DNA of 64,000 nt, taken from Naegleria gruberi. Lineage: Eukaryota. Both the position numbers and the translations under genes were made by a program. Positions within the stretch are counted from its first letter, which is position 1; each line of letters starts with the position of its first letter. Shown one piece after another: positions 1-10,800 of the stretch. The stretch lies in the NCBI GenBank assembly GCA_000004985.1, contig GG738880.1, one strand, 5' to 3'. The notes beneath the pieces are model-generated. The model had not been told where the DNA came from. It saw only the letters and a program-made list of their open reading frames with translations, and searched no databases.

Positions 1-633
1 ACTTGTAACTTCAAATTGACCAGGAATTGGATGACCATATTGCATGTTATGGGAGTGGAGATACTTTCCAGTATCGACGTGTTTAAATCTAATTCCTTCG
101 CCCTTTTCCAATTCAGAAGAACTATTTCCACTAACCAATTCAACAATCCAGTTATCACCAGTATCTTGTCCTTCATAACAACTGACTTCTTGTTGTCTGG
201 AGAGAGGTGAAATGTGAAGATGAGAGTGTAATCTAGCTGATGTTTGAGCATGTTCCAATCTGATAACAGTACCTTGTTTAAGGACTGTACCTTGTGGACA
301 TTCCTTAAGATCACTCTTTCCTGATGGATTGTATGCCGATTTAATTACCCAATAACTATTTTCATCACCTTCTCCTGGATAGCAAGTAATTGATTGTTGT
401 CCACTTCCACTACCATATTTTACGGCATGACTATGTAATCTACAAGCCATTCCTTTGTGTCGTAATTTAATAATACTTCCACATGTAACTTTAATATTTT
501 TTGGTTCCGGTGTTTCTTCTTGAAGTGTGATATCATCATCATCGTTGGATGCTTTCACCCGATCGATAACGAGACACAAACTGGCGACTATCAATAACAA
601 GCCAAAAAGTACAAGTAATTGTTTGTTTTGCAT
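1..633 (-). CDS. SDF2-like MIR-domain protein (stromal cell-derived factor 2 family); CDS 3' end runs off the window
   Basis: Minus-strand ATG at 633..631, followed by 211 uninterrupted codons to position 1. It is absent from the ORF track because no stop lies inside the window. Signal-peptide-like N-terminus (MQNKQLLVLFGLLLIVASLCLV). Three MIR-type repeats (GSIIKLRHKGMACRLHSH, GTVIRLEHAQTSARLHSH, GEGIRFKHVDTGKYLHSH) are typical of SDF2/PMT MIR domains. Confidence 0.6.
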   Translation of the reverse strand, partial: MQNKQLLVLFGLLLIVASLCLVIDRVKASNDDDDITLQEETPEPKNIKVTCGSIIKLRHKGMACRLHSHAVKYGSGSGQQSITCYPGEGDENSYWVIKSAYNPSGKSDLKECPQGTVLKQGTVIRLEHAQTSARLHSHLHISPLSRQQEVSCYEGQDTGDNWIVELVSGNSSSELEKGEGIRFKHVDTGKYLHSHNMQYGHPIPGQFEVTS

Positions 634-812
634 TTTTTTTCTTGTTGATTTTTCATTTATCAAACACGTGTTCATCATCCTCTTCGGAATATTGAATTTT
701 ATTGGATAATAGAATTCTCTTTTTAATAAATACAAACTTAGAGTTGTTATTATTGTTAATTATTATTAATTGCTATTATGTGAGGAACTATTTATTAAAT
801 TTAAATAAAAAA

Positions 813-2164
813 ATGATAAACAATCAAATGGTGGAGGAAAATCAAGCCTTTTCGGGATTGGTTTTGTTCGTGAGAAAGATGGGTAAAAAATTAGCCTTTC
901 TAAAGGTGCTCACTCTTGGTCAATGTGATGATGAGAGTATTATTCAAAACTCTACAAATGTTACTCTTTTGCAAGAAAATCAGCAATGTTTGAATTATTA
1001 TTCGAATTTGGTGGGTTCCGTGACAAGAGTGACGAGACAATTAATGATAAAAGGACAAGAGGATTGGGTGAAGAATATTCGTGTTGGAGATTGGATTGAA
1101 GGAACTCTCACTAAGGATTTGTTAAATGATAAATCTCCTCCAATTTTGCAATCATTCTCACACTTGGAAAATTTCAATAATTGGACCAATGATTCATTCA
1201 CAATGTCATTATTAAATAATTTGAGAGATTCATTTACGGAAGAGGAGGCCATCTCTGAAAATCATCAGCAATCCAAAAAGAAGCTCTGTAAAAGTTTTAA
1301 ATTGGGAACCGAATGTACTGACAAGAATTGCGATAAGAGACATTTCTTTATTAATGAGCAGGAACGAGAACAAAATTACAGAGATGAAAATGACCCATAT
1401 TGTGGAGTGAATATTAATCCTCTCAAGTATGTAATTCATAAGAAGGAGAAGAAACAAAATCCACTTGCAGACCTTAAAGAATCACCATTTGCAAATGCAG
1501 ACCTTGTGGACTCTACCCCATTCAACCCAGTTCAGAAAATGGATAGAACAAGAAGGGCTCAAATATTTGCCAAATATCTTGTCGATAAATTTGGTTTGGA
1601 TAATTTAAAGAAGGGATGTGGAGTTTTGGATGTTGCTGGTATGTTTTTTCATCAAAACTGTTCGTTCTTCTGTTCTTAATTATTTCAGGTGGAAAAGGAG
1701 AAGTTTCATACTATTTACTAGCTGATTTTGGAATTCAATCAACAGTGGTTGATCCCAGACAAGCCTCCCTCTCTGAGAAACAATTATCAAAATTGAATTC
1801 CCTCCAATTAGAAGTGAAATACATGAATGAATATTTTACAAGTCAAGAAGAAGAGTGGAAAGAAGATTTCAAAACACTAGTTCAGAACTGCTCCTGTATC
1901 ATTGGGCTTCACCCAGACCAAGCAACAGAACCAATCCTAGATGTTTCACTTAAATATCAGAAATCATTTGCCATCGTTCCATGCTGTGTATTCCCTTCTC
2001 TCTTCCCTGATAGAAAGCTTTCAAGTGGTGAAAAAGTTGTCAATTATGCCTCATTCATTTCTTACCTTTTAGAAAAAGAACCATCCCTTCTCCAACTCGA
2101 TTATTTACCAGTCATGGGTATGAACAAGATCATTCTTCATAAACCAGAACATGAACAACGATAA
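813..2164 (+). CDS. CCCH zinc-finger / SAM-dependent methyltransferase-like protein (TRM13-like architecture), 2 exons
   Basis: Exon 1 is 813..1638 (ATG in an A-rich context; the track M at 702 lies in AT-rich leader). Intron 1639..1688 (GTATGT...TTTCAG, 50 bp, phase 1). Exon 2 is 1689..2164. Splicing gives ...GCGVLDVAG|GKGEVSYYLLADFG, a SAM-binding motif I. Upstream is a C-x8-C-x4-C-x3-H finger (CKSFKLGTECTDKNCDKRH). Confidence 0.5.
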
Positions 2165-2262
2165 TTTATTTCATTCTCACTTCTTCATCATATCTACTCC
2201 AATTCATTGACCTTTCCTCTCATAATCGTTACTTGAAACAAATAACCTAGTTTTTTAACACT

Positions 2263-2271
2263 TTGGCGCCA
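2263..2271. promoter_or_regulatory. E2F-like site TTTGGCGCC about 35 bp upstream of the kinesin ATG
   Basis: Exact match to the E2F consensus TTTSGCGC. It is a GC-rich octamer in an AT-rich leader, and the same TTGGCGCC core recurs upstream of two other genes (near 12386 and 31099). Confidence 0.35.
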
Positions 2272-2303
2272 AAACTATCCGTGACAAAAAATTAGAAAAA
2301 AAA

Positions 2304-5121
2304 ATGCACTCACCAAATTCTTCAACGCTTTCCTCTTCATCAGCCATTCCCTCACCTTTACCTTCTTCCTCCAGCTCCTCTTCATCATCATTCTTCTCCT
2401 CCTCCAGCTCGGATTCCATCAAAGTCTGTGTCAGAGTACGTCCACTCAACGAAAAGGAAAGACTGAAAAACTCACAATCCGTCTGGCGAACCACCAATAA
2501 TACAACCATCTATAGTGTTTCATCACAAGTAAATAGCAATAATAATAATAATAGCAATGGTAATTCATCGAACAATAATAATAATATTGGTAGTAGTAGT
2601 GGTGGTAATTTAGGGATTAATTCAAATATGATGATTCCGATGGTTCCATCGAGTAGTGATGTTAGTTATACGTTCGATCATGTCTATGATCAGAATAGTA
2701 CTACAGATTGTATCTATAATGATATGTGTAAGCATATTGTGACCTCTTCTGTGAGAGGATATAATGGAACAATATTTGCCTATGGACAGACTTCATCTGG
2801 TAAAACATTTACGTAAGTACTTTCGATTCATAATAAGTTTCTGATAGATTAATAATGCTACTAAATTGTTCAAAAATTTGAATGTTTGTGAATATTTTGT
2901 GATTGTTAAATTCAGTATGAAGGGAACAAGAGAAATACATGGTATTATTCCACTCTCAATCAAGGATGTATTTACTACTATCAGTCAAACACAGAGTCGT
3001 AGATTTCAAATTAGAGTTTCGTATTTGGAAATTTACAATGAAGTCATTAAGGATTTATTGGATCCAGAAAATCAAAATTTAAAAATCAGAGAAGATTTTG
3101 TCAATGGAAAGGGAGTCTATGTTTCTGGAGCTAAAGAGGAAGAAGTAGCATGTATGGAAGACATGCTAAAACTCATGGAAAAGGGTGAGCATTATAGACA
3201 TTTTGGAAATACAGCCATGAATGATCAGAGCAGTCGATCCCACACCATATTTAGGATTATGATTGAGTCAATTGATGGTAGTATAGCAAAACAAATGGTC
3301 GAGGAAGAGGATTTTGATATCTATACAACAAATTCAGAAGTTCTCTTCTCAACATTGAATCTTGTGGATTTGGCTGGTTCTGAACGAGTTCTCTACACAC
3401 AGGCACAAGGAGATAGATTGAGAGAGGGTGGCCATATTAATAAGAGTTTACTCACTCTCGGTAATGTTATTGCCAAACTCAGTGAAGGAAATTCGAGCCA
3501 CATTCCATACAGAGATTCAAAACTCACAAGAATTCTCTCTAACTCTCTTGGAGGAAACTCAAAGACTGCCATCATTTGTACAATAACACCTGCCTCACAA
3601 CACTTTGAAGAAACTCACTCCACTCTCAAATTTGCCAACAGAGCAAAGAGCATCAATAATCAAGTTACAATCAATCAAATTATCAATGAAAAGGCCCTCC
3701 TCAAGAAGCTGAAACAGGAAAATCTCGATTGGAAAAACAAATTCCAAGAACGAGTTAATGGTATTGAGGATGAGTTACATAGATCAGAGAGGGAACGAGA
3801 TGAAATTGTAAAATCTTATGAAGAAAAGATTGCCCTCCTTCAAAAACAATTGGAAGAAAAGAATCAATTGGACGACACCATCTCCTCTCTCAGAAAAGCT
3901 CTCCTAGATAAGGAAAAAGATTTAGAATGGATTGAAACAGTGTCAAACAATGAAAAACAACTCTCGAGTCAATTAACACTCGAAAGAAATAGTCTCCAAC
4001 AAGAAGTTAAAAGACTTTCTGAAGAGCACTGCAATAATCTCTCCAAAGTCAAGGAAGATCATACCAAGGAAATTGAAAATCTCACTCTCCAACACAAGAC
4101 CAGTATGCAAGAATTGGTTTATCAACATGAGCTTGAAATACAGGAGCACAATCGAATGTTAACTCAACAACTCGAAGTAGACTACCAAGAGAAGCTGGAC
4201 TCTATTGTAGAAGATTTGAAATCAGAACATGAAAGAGAGAAGGAATCTCTCATCTCTGTTCATAGCCATGCCTTACAACAAGTTCAATCTTCTATCAGTG
4301 AAAGTGAAGCTTTAGAATTCCAAACAACCATTCAATCCCTTCAAGATAATATCAATGAGTTGATTTCAACAAAGGATGAATTAGAACTCAATTTGGATCA
4401 TTCCAGAAATCAAAATTCACTATTATCCAAAGAATATGAAACACTCTCCCATATGATAGAATCCCTTAAAGAACAAGTCGAAGAAAAAGACTCTATCATT
4501 TCAAATCACCAAGAGCAAATTGAGGAATACAAACGTACTTTGGAACGTGTCGATGAGGAATTGACACTTCTCAAAGAGCAACAAATTGATCAACTAGAAA
4601 TTGATCACCTCAAAGATACTGTGCAATCATTGACTGAAACTTTGGAAGAGAAAGATAAGGATATTGAAAAGTTACAATTTGATTGTGAAATGTACAAGTC
4701 AGCTGTTTCCAATCAAAATACAAATAACTTAGAAGAAATAGTTAACGAAAAGAATGCTCACATTTCAAAACTGGAACAAGAAGTAGAAATGAAAGAACGA
4801 ACATTTAAAGAGGAAATGGATGAAGCCATTGCCAGAATACGAGAACTTGAGCAAGAAAAGAATGCAATCATTGTTGGAACCACCTCTCAATTGGAACAAA
4901 TCAATAAGGTTACAGTGGATAATGAACGTCTCACCAAGGAAATTAAAGAGCTACGATCTAAAATAGAATATGGAAAGGCTAAATCCCAACAACTTATCGA
5001 GGAAAGAAAGAGAAAGGAAAATCCAAACCTCGTAGACCATCCGTACTATCCTAAAACTCCAAATTCTGACTTTAAAAAGCTCAAGATGGATGATGAAAAT
5101 AAGGAAAATAAATTTAATTAA
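2304..5121 (+). CDS. Kinesin-7 / CENP-E-like kinesin motor protein with long coiled-coil tail, 2 exons
   Basis: Exon 1 is 2304..2812; intron 2813..2915 (GTAAGT...TTCAG, phase 2); exon 2 is 2916..5121. Splicing restores the P-loop GQTSSGKTFTM|KGT. Switch I NDQSSRSHTIF and switch II LVDLAGSER are present, as is IREDFVNGKGVYVSG typical of the CENP-E family. The N-terminus is Ser-rich and the C-terminal roughly 500 aa is coiled-coil. Confidence 0.8.
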
Positions 5122-5271
5122 TTTTTAATTTTTAATTTTTATTGTTGTGTAAAGATAACCATCAATAAGATGAAATAAGTTTACATTTTGATTTTCATTA
5201 AACAAAACAACCCTATGGTTTTTATGATTTACAGTTTACCTAAAAATTAGTGATTTTATCTGGCCGAAGGC

Positions 5272-6219
5272 TTATTCGTCAGATTCTTCTTCATAGTAGT
5301 GAGTCAACCATTCACGGTGAGCAGCTTCCAATTTTTCAGATTGTGGGGTGGAAACACCAATTTCTTCCAATTCGTACAATCTTTCAATGAACTTGCTTCT
5401 TTGATACATCCAATCTCTCCAGTTTTGAACTTGGAAACGCAAAGTCAAACCCCAGAGAGTGAAACCAACCATCAATCCGACGAAGACCTTTGAACCCATC
5501 TTATTCTTCAAGAAACCATAGTGATAAGCAGTACCCTTTCTCTTTTGTTCAATGAGCTTCTTGGCGGCTTCTTCACCGAACAAAACAGCTTGGTTGCCTT
5601 GCAATTTAGCAGCCAAAGGCTTTTCGAATTGAATGGTCAAACCTTGCTTCAACCACAAATCACGGACCTTTGGATCATAGGCAGCAGCGTCTTGCCAACC
5701 ACCAATGACAGAGTCACCTCTACCAATAGTATTGTTGAAGAGTTCTGGTGGAATAGCCAAAACAACACCTCTTGGGTTAATATTAAGTTCCTTGCTAACA
5801 ACACCCCAATAACTATTTTCAACAGTCTTAGATGGATCCCATAAATCAGCTCTCAATTTGTTCAAAGCATCACGTGGGTTGGAGAAGTCAATATCAGTCT
5901 TTTCTTGAAGAACATCAATGATCTTGTGAATTTTATCTTGGATAGCTTGTTCATTGTGAACAGAGTATGGAGTAGCTTCCAAAGCAGCAGCGTTAGCAAA
6001 ACTAACAGTGTTATCAATGGTGGTGAGAGCGTTACCATCAACGTTGAAGGCAGCGAGTTGTTCGGCAATAACCTTGTCGACTGGCTTCAAAGAAGCTTCG
6101 TGCTTGGCGTATGATTCAGCACAAGCATAATCATCTTCAGTATTTCTGATGGCGTCTTCACCCTTGATTCTTCTTTCCTCTTCGTATCTGTTGAAAAGGT
6201 TGTAGAGTCTAGCGAACAT
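5272..6219 (-). CDS. Hypothetical conserved protein with C-terminal transmembrane segment; strongly biased (highly expressed-type) codon usage
   Basis: 315-aa ORF with a true ATG at 6219. Codons are strongly skewed to C-ending choices (TTC/AAC/ATC/TAC/GCT), unlike neighbouring genes. There is one predicted TM helix (KVFVGLMVGFTLWGLTL). No family recognised with confidence. Confidence 0.45.
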   Translation of the reverse strand: MFARLYNLFNRYEEERRIKGEDAIRNTEDDYACAESYAKHEASLKPVDKVIAEQLAAFNVDGNALTTIDNTVSFANAAALEATPYSVHNEQAIQDKIHKIIDVLQEKTDIDFSNPRDALNKLRADLWDPSKTVENSYWGVVSKELNINPRGVVLAIPPELFNNTIGRGDSVIGGWQDAAAYDPKVRDLWLKQGLTIQFEKPLAAKLQGNQAVLFGEEAAKKLIEQKRKGTAYHYGFLKNKMGSKVFVGLMVGFTLWGLTLRFQVQNWRDWMYQRSKFIERLYELEEIGVSTPQSEKLEAAHREWLTHYYEEESDE

Positions 6220-6677
6220 TTTTTGTATTTTTTTTCTTTCTTTGACCCAAAAAAGAAAAGCGTAGGCTTTAAGCGCATAAGTTGACTCTTACAACTGGCT
6301 TCTTGCTAGCGTTAAAAAAAGACCAAATTTAGACATGTTATAAAAATATTCTCCAGAAGGAACCTCAACAACATGTTGTCTAGCTCTTTATTATCATCAT
6401 TGCAGTGGTAGGATGACAATTTGCAATGATCTTTGAAGTTGTCATTTCACCATTGCTCCTTCACGGAAAGAATAATCAATTCGTCACACTTTAAAAATAA
6501 TTTAAATTGATGATGATAATGTTGGACTGTAATTTTCGGTCCTATTAAAAACAAATAGTCATTAGGATTTTAAATTTAAACACTATACTTTGGAATTATG
6601 ATTGTAATATTTTCTGATGGCACAATTTATGGATTTAATATTTTAATTAAATTATTTGATGGTGATGATGGAAATAT

Positions 6678-7988
6678 TTACACAAAATTAATGGTCACTG
6701 ATTTTTCAGCCTTCTCTATGGATTGTTCATATTCATTTAATTTTGGAAGGATGCTATTTCTTCTACTCTTGTTTCTTCTCATGGCATCGAGAGAATTTTC
6801 CGAATTTTCATCAAACAAGTCATCCTTCTTTGTTAGGATAAACATATTGATATAACTTTCTGCAATTTCTGGAGGTAGCCTCTTTCTGATATTTTCATTA
6901 GGAAATCGTAAGATTTGTTGTGAATCGATGGAGCTCCAAACAGATGTGTCTGACTGTTGAATCAGGTCTGATCTGTCACGTGCAGAATAAACCAGGAGTT
7001 TACCACCAGGTTTTAATATTCTTGCTGCCTGTGAGTAGAATCTCGATACATTGTCACAAATACTGAATCTGATGTCTTGCATGGAGCATGACATTGAATC
7101 ACTCAATGCCTTGTCAATTATGAGGTCAAATGATTCAGAATCGATAGCTCTCATAGTACAAGCATCCATGCAGTGGTCTGTGGAATTTTAAAATTGAATT
7201 TCAAAACTAGAATTACAAATTACTACTTACATTTGATGCAAGTTCCATATTTTTCATGTACCTTTCTCATTCTCTTAATAATTACCTCTGAATAGTCTGT
7301 ACAAATTATATTTTTAAATCCACTCAATACTAGCTGTTTCCCCAATTCTTTATAATTGATATTTCAATATTTAAAATATATATTTGTTAAATTTAAATAA
7401 TATTTTTAAATTATATGAATAAGATGATTAAAATCAAATTAAGAAAACAAACATACTCGAATTTCCACACCCTGGTATCATTATTTTCATATTATAATTC
7501 TTTAAATGTGGTAAAAGAGATTCTTTGAGCTGGGTAAAAGTCAAATGCCAATCATAGTACAATTCTGCAATTCTTTCTTCATATCTACAATTCCAATAAT
7601 CTCTTCCATTTCTGAATTGAAAACTCGAAAATAGATGAGCATTATACTTTTTCCTAATCTTTTTAAGATCAGCTTCTGATGGTTCCATGTGGGCCCATTC
7701 TCTTTCCTCCTGTTCCTTCACTTGTTTCTCATCCACAAGAGTAATGGGTTCTGTATAGTCGGGAGTTTTTGATCGTTTGTCAACAATTGATTCAATAGTA
7801 TCTGCTTGACTCAGAACAGAGACAGCCCTATTCGGGTTTGTTGCAATGATGAGAGGAGCACTGTGATCAGAGAGCTGTTGTTTTTCATCCGAAGTGTTGT
7901 TATCATTAGTAACATTATTATTCGATCCATCAACAGGAACATTATTGTCATCATCATCAGCAGGAGTGTTTGTGATAGTGGTAGACAT
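6678..7988 (-). CDS. Class I SAM-dependent methyltransferase, EEF1AKMT4/METTL13-like (Methyltransf_11), 3 exons
   Basis: Exon 1 is 7457..7988 (ATG at 7988) and contains WNCRYEE...YDWHLTF...IMIPGCGNS. Intron 7348..7456 (GTATGT donor, phase 1). Exon 2 is 7231..7347 (LGKQLVLSGFKNIICTDYSEVIIKRMRKVHEKYGTCIK). Intron 7178..7230 (GTAAGT...CCACAG, about 53 bp). Exon 3 is 6678..7177 (MDACTMRAIDSESFDLIIDKA...). Phases are consistent throughout. Confidence 0.6.
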
Positions 7989-8579
7989 TTGTTTGATAAA
8001 TTATAATTCGAAAATTACAGTAAAATTCGATGAAAGAAAGGACATATGAAGAGTACTCTATCTCCAAACATTTCCCAATATGCTTAATAACCTACCCTTG
8101 AATTGTTATTGTACAATCGAATGGGTTCCGTCGAATTGAAAGAAGACCTTCTCGATGATGCATTCGACCTTAATGGAGCAAGTGGCATTGTTAAACATCA
8201 ATGATCATTAACAAGAGAGAGTGAGTTAAAACGATCAAGAGGAAGTTTGTTTTTTCTTTGTTTTGAGAATTTGATATTTGGAAGACGCTCACACAGCTCA
8301 TCTACGACAGATCAGAACATGTATTGTGAAATTAACCATAAAATTTAAACAAGCCTCTTGGCTTTGCCTCAATAAGCTTGGGCAGAGAAATTTGCTTCCT
8401 TCGAAAAATATTTGAAGCTCCTCATATCAAATAAATATTGAAAATAAAAACATCATCAGCACAAGGCTTGAAAATATATTGTTTTTATTATCATCAAATA
8501 ATTTATTGAACAATAACATCATCATCGTTGATAACCTACCAACAACAACAATTAATAGTAGTAGTAAATAGACAACGGA

Positions 8580-10019
8580 ATGAGAGTAGTAACAGGAACA
8601 GACACTGGCCTTATGAAGGTTGTTGATGTGGTGAAAGGAGAAGTTTTAATAACCATTGGAGAACAAAAGAAAGGAAAAGGATTGAAAAAGATACAATGGG
8701 CTTCAGAAACCAATGATACTGAAGTTGTTTCACTCTACGATGATAGTCAAATTGATTTTTATTGGATTAGTACTGGACAACGTAGATTCTCCATGGTTTC
8801 ATCACTCAATAACATTCAAGGCATGTATTGTGAAACTACATCGGAAGATACAAGAAATGTTTATGTGTGTAATAATCAAGGAATGCTTCATATTTATAAT
8901 TTCCCAATTTCGAAATATAATCTAGTTCAACCATCTGATGATTTCTTGGCCAATCTCGAAAAGAATGAAGATGATGGTTTAGTGAATCAACAATTAGGTA
9001 GTGATGAAGATGATGACGGAGATGATGAAAAACCAAAGAAGAGACTCAATCCAACACTCGGATACAAAGTTACAGAAGATGCCCAAACACACAAAATTAC
9101 CATCGAACCAAAAGTCACAGAATTGAAATTAACAGGAGGAGATGTCAGTACAATGGTAGCTCAACGATTGGATTCCAAGAGACTGGAAATTGCAATTGCA
9201 GGAAAGGATAATTTAATGAAGATTTGGGATGTTGAAACACAAAAGTGTGTCTTTAAAGCAAAGAATGTTCCTCACGATCACTTGAATCTTAAACAACCAA
9301 TATGGGATAATGGTATTTGTTATTTGGGTAGTTCTCATCCAGATAGTGAAAGAATGGAAGCTATGGGAGATGCCTTTGGTAACTTGATTTGCAATAGAAC
9401 AGCCTACCATCAAGTTAGATATTTCGATAGAAGAGCTCAAGAACGACCAGTCCATCAATATTACTTTGAAGAACACAATTTCACAGCCATGTGTCCATCC
9501 ACTGTTAATGTTCATGAAGTGGTTGTAGGTACTGCCATTGGTAAAATGTTCAAGTACAACTTCCAAGAGAAGAAGAATAAGAAGATTAATGTCTATAGAA
9601 GAATTGCCGGAAGTGTCAGAGACATTAAATTCCATCCAAACAAGAAGGTTGTTTGTTGTGTTTCTGCCGATAGATATTTGAGAGTGTACGATCAAGAGTC
9701 GAGACAAATGTTGCACTCCTCCTACTTACTCCAAAGATTGAATTGTCTCTTACTGACCAAGGACAGGTATGTTAACAAGGATGACGAAGATGAGGAGAAT
9801 AGTGAAGACGATGACGGAATGTTTGGTATGAATATGAAACAAGTTTCCTACGAGGAAGATATTATTGATGAAGATGAGGACGAATCACCAGTTAGAGAAC
9901 AACCAAAGAAGAGAAAGCTCGCATCTTCCTCTCCATCAGGATCGAAAAAGACATCCTCCTCCGTAGTCAATAAGCTTGATGATATCAAGAATAGAATTAA
10001 AAAGTCCAAGTTGAAATAA
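8580..10019 (+). CDS. Ribosome biogenesis protein NSA1 / WDR74 homolog (WD-repeat)
   Basis: 479-aa single ORF beginning MRVVTGTDTGLMKVVDV, the conserved Nsa1/WDR74 N-terminus. WD-like repeats follow, then an acidic tract and a C-terminal KKRK-rich tail. Confidence 0.65.
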   Translation: MRVVTGTDTGLMKVVDVVKGEVLITIGEQKKGKGLKKIQWASETNDTEVVSLYDDSQIDFYWISTGQRRFSMVSSLNNIQGMYCETTSEDTRNVYVCNNQGMLHIYNFPISKYNLVQPSDDFLANLEKNEDDGLVNQQLGSDEDDDGDDEKPKKRLNPTLGYKVTEDAQTHKITIEPKVTELKLTGGDVSTMVAQRLDSKRLEIAIAGKDNLMKIWDVETQKCVFKAKNVPHDHLNLKQPIWDNGICYLGSSHPDSERMEAMGDAFGNLICNRTAYHQVRYFDRRAQERPVHQYYFEEHNFTAMCPSTVNVHEVVVGTAIGKMFKYNFQEKKNKKINVYRRIAGSVRDIKFHPNKKVVCCVSADRYLRVYDQESRQMLHSSYLLQRLNCLLLTKDRYVNKDDEDEENSEDDDGMFGMNMKQVSYEEDIIDEDEDESPVREQPKKRKLASSSPSGSKKTSSSVVNKLDDIKNRIKKSKLK

Positions 10020-10153
10020 ATATTGCATGTTGAAAGGAAAGCTAGAGTTGTTTATTGTGCTCCAATTTTTTCGTTTTGGTTCGAATTGTTTGCTTTGCCA
10101 GAATGGAATTGTGGCTCGAAACTGTTGCAAGCGTGTGAAAGTGGATCCAATTA

Positions 10154-10214
10154 TTACCGTTACGCTTCTTTTGAGTTTACAAAAATTTTAATCTCGCTCT
10201 GTTACCGTTATGCG
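10154..10214. promoter_or_regulatory. Two Myb-type sites (TTACCGTTAYGC, reverse complement TAACGGT) plus a CCAAT box in the histone H3 promoter
   Basis: TTACCGTTACGC at 10154..10165 and GTTACCGTTATGCG at 10201..10214, i.e. about -140 and -90 from the H3 ATG. CCAAT at about 10146. The ACCGTTA core also occurs upstream of alpha-tubulin (31116..31123). Confidence 0.35.
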
Positions 10215-10291
10215 TTTTTAAAATAAAAACATCAAAAATTGCGCTTCAAGTGAAACAACAAATCAAAAAAAAATTCAAAACATCTAATACA

Positions 10292-10708
10292 ATGGCTAGA
10301 ACTAAGCAAACTGCTAGAAAGTCTACCGGTGGTAAAGCTCCAAGAAAACAATTGGCTTCAAAGGCTGCCAGAAAGTCTGCCAAACAACCATCAACTGGTG
10401 GTTTGAAGAAGCCACACAGATATAAGCCAGGTACCGTTGCTTTGAGAGAAATCAGAAAGTATCAAAAGTCTACTGAATTGTTGATCAGAAAGTTGCCATT
10501 CCAAAGATTGGTCAGAGAAATTGCTCAAGACTACAAGTCTGACTTGCGTTTCCAATCTAATGCTGTCTTGGCTCTCCAAGAAGCTTCCGAAGCTTATCTT
10601 GTTTCCCTCTTTGAAGATACTAACTTGTGTGCTATCCACGCCAAGAGAGTTACTATCATGCAAAAGGATATGCAATTGGCCAAGAGAATTAGAGGTGAAA
10701 GAACTTAA
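10292..10708 (+). CDS. H3: Histone H3 (139 aa, dictyostelid-type with short N-tail insertion)
   Basis: [138 protein letters not shown]. The true ATG is at 10292; the track ORF starts 14 codons upstream in the leader. No replication-type 3' stem-loop follows the stop, so the mRNA is presumably polyadenylated. Confidence 0.95.
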   Translation: MARTKQTARKSTGGKAPRKQLASKAARKSAKQPSTGGLKKPHRYKPGTVALREIRKYQKSTELLIRKLPFQRLVREIAQDYKSDLRFQSNAVLALQEASEAYLVSLFEDTNLCAIHAKRVTIMQKDMQLAKRIRGERT

Positions 10709-10800
10709 ATTGATCCTCCGATTTAATCACATGAACAACAAAACACAAACCCTAGGCTGAAGTGAAAACTTCAATTTGTAAATTTATTAAAATTTGAAAA

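Noticed and set aside
16-210. 64-aa plus-strand ORF at the window start
   Set aside because: It lies antisense to a long, domain-bearing minus-strand reading frame (the SDF2-like MIR protein, 1..633). It has no features of its own.
6400-6560. Possible C/D-box snoRNA (TGATGA ... CTGA-like elements) in the intergenic spacer upstream of the 5272..6219 gene
   Set aside because: The box spacing and terminal stem are not convincing. The D box is imperfect (CTGT), and no guide complementarity can be assessed without rRNA.
10709-10800. Replication-dependent histone 3' stem-loop after the H3 stop codon
   Set aside because: No GGCTCTTTTCAGAGCC-like hairpin is present. The 3' flank is AT-rich with AATAAA-like sequences, consistent with polyadenylated histone mRNA as in dictyostelids.
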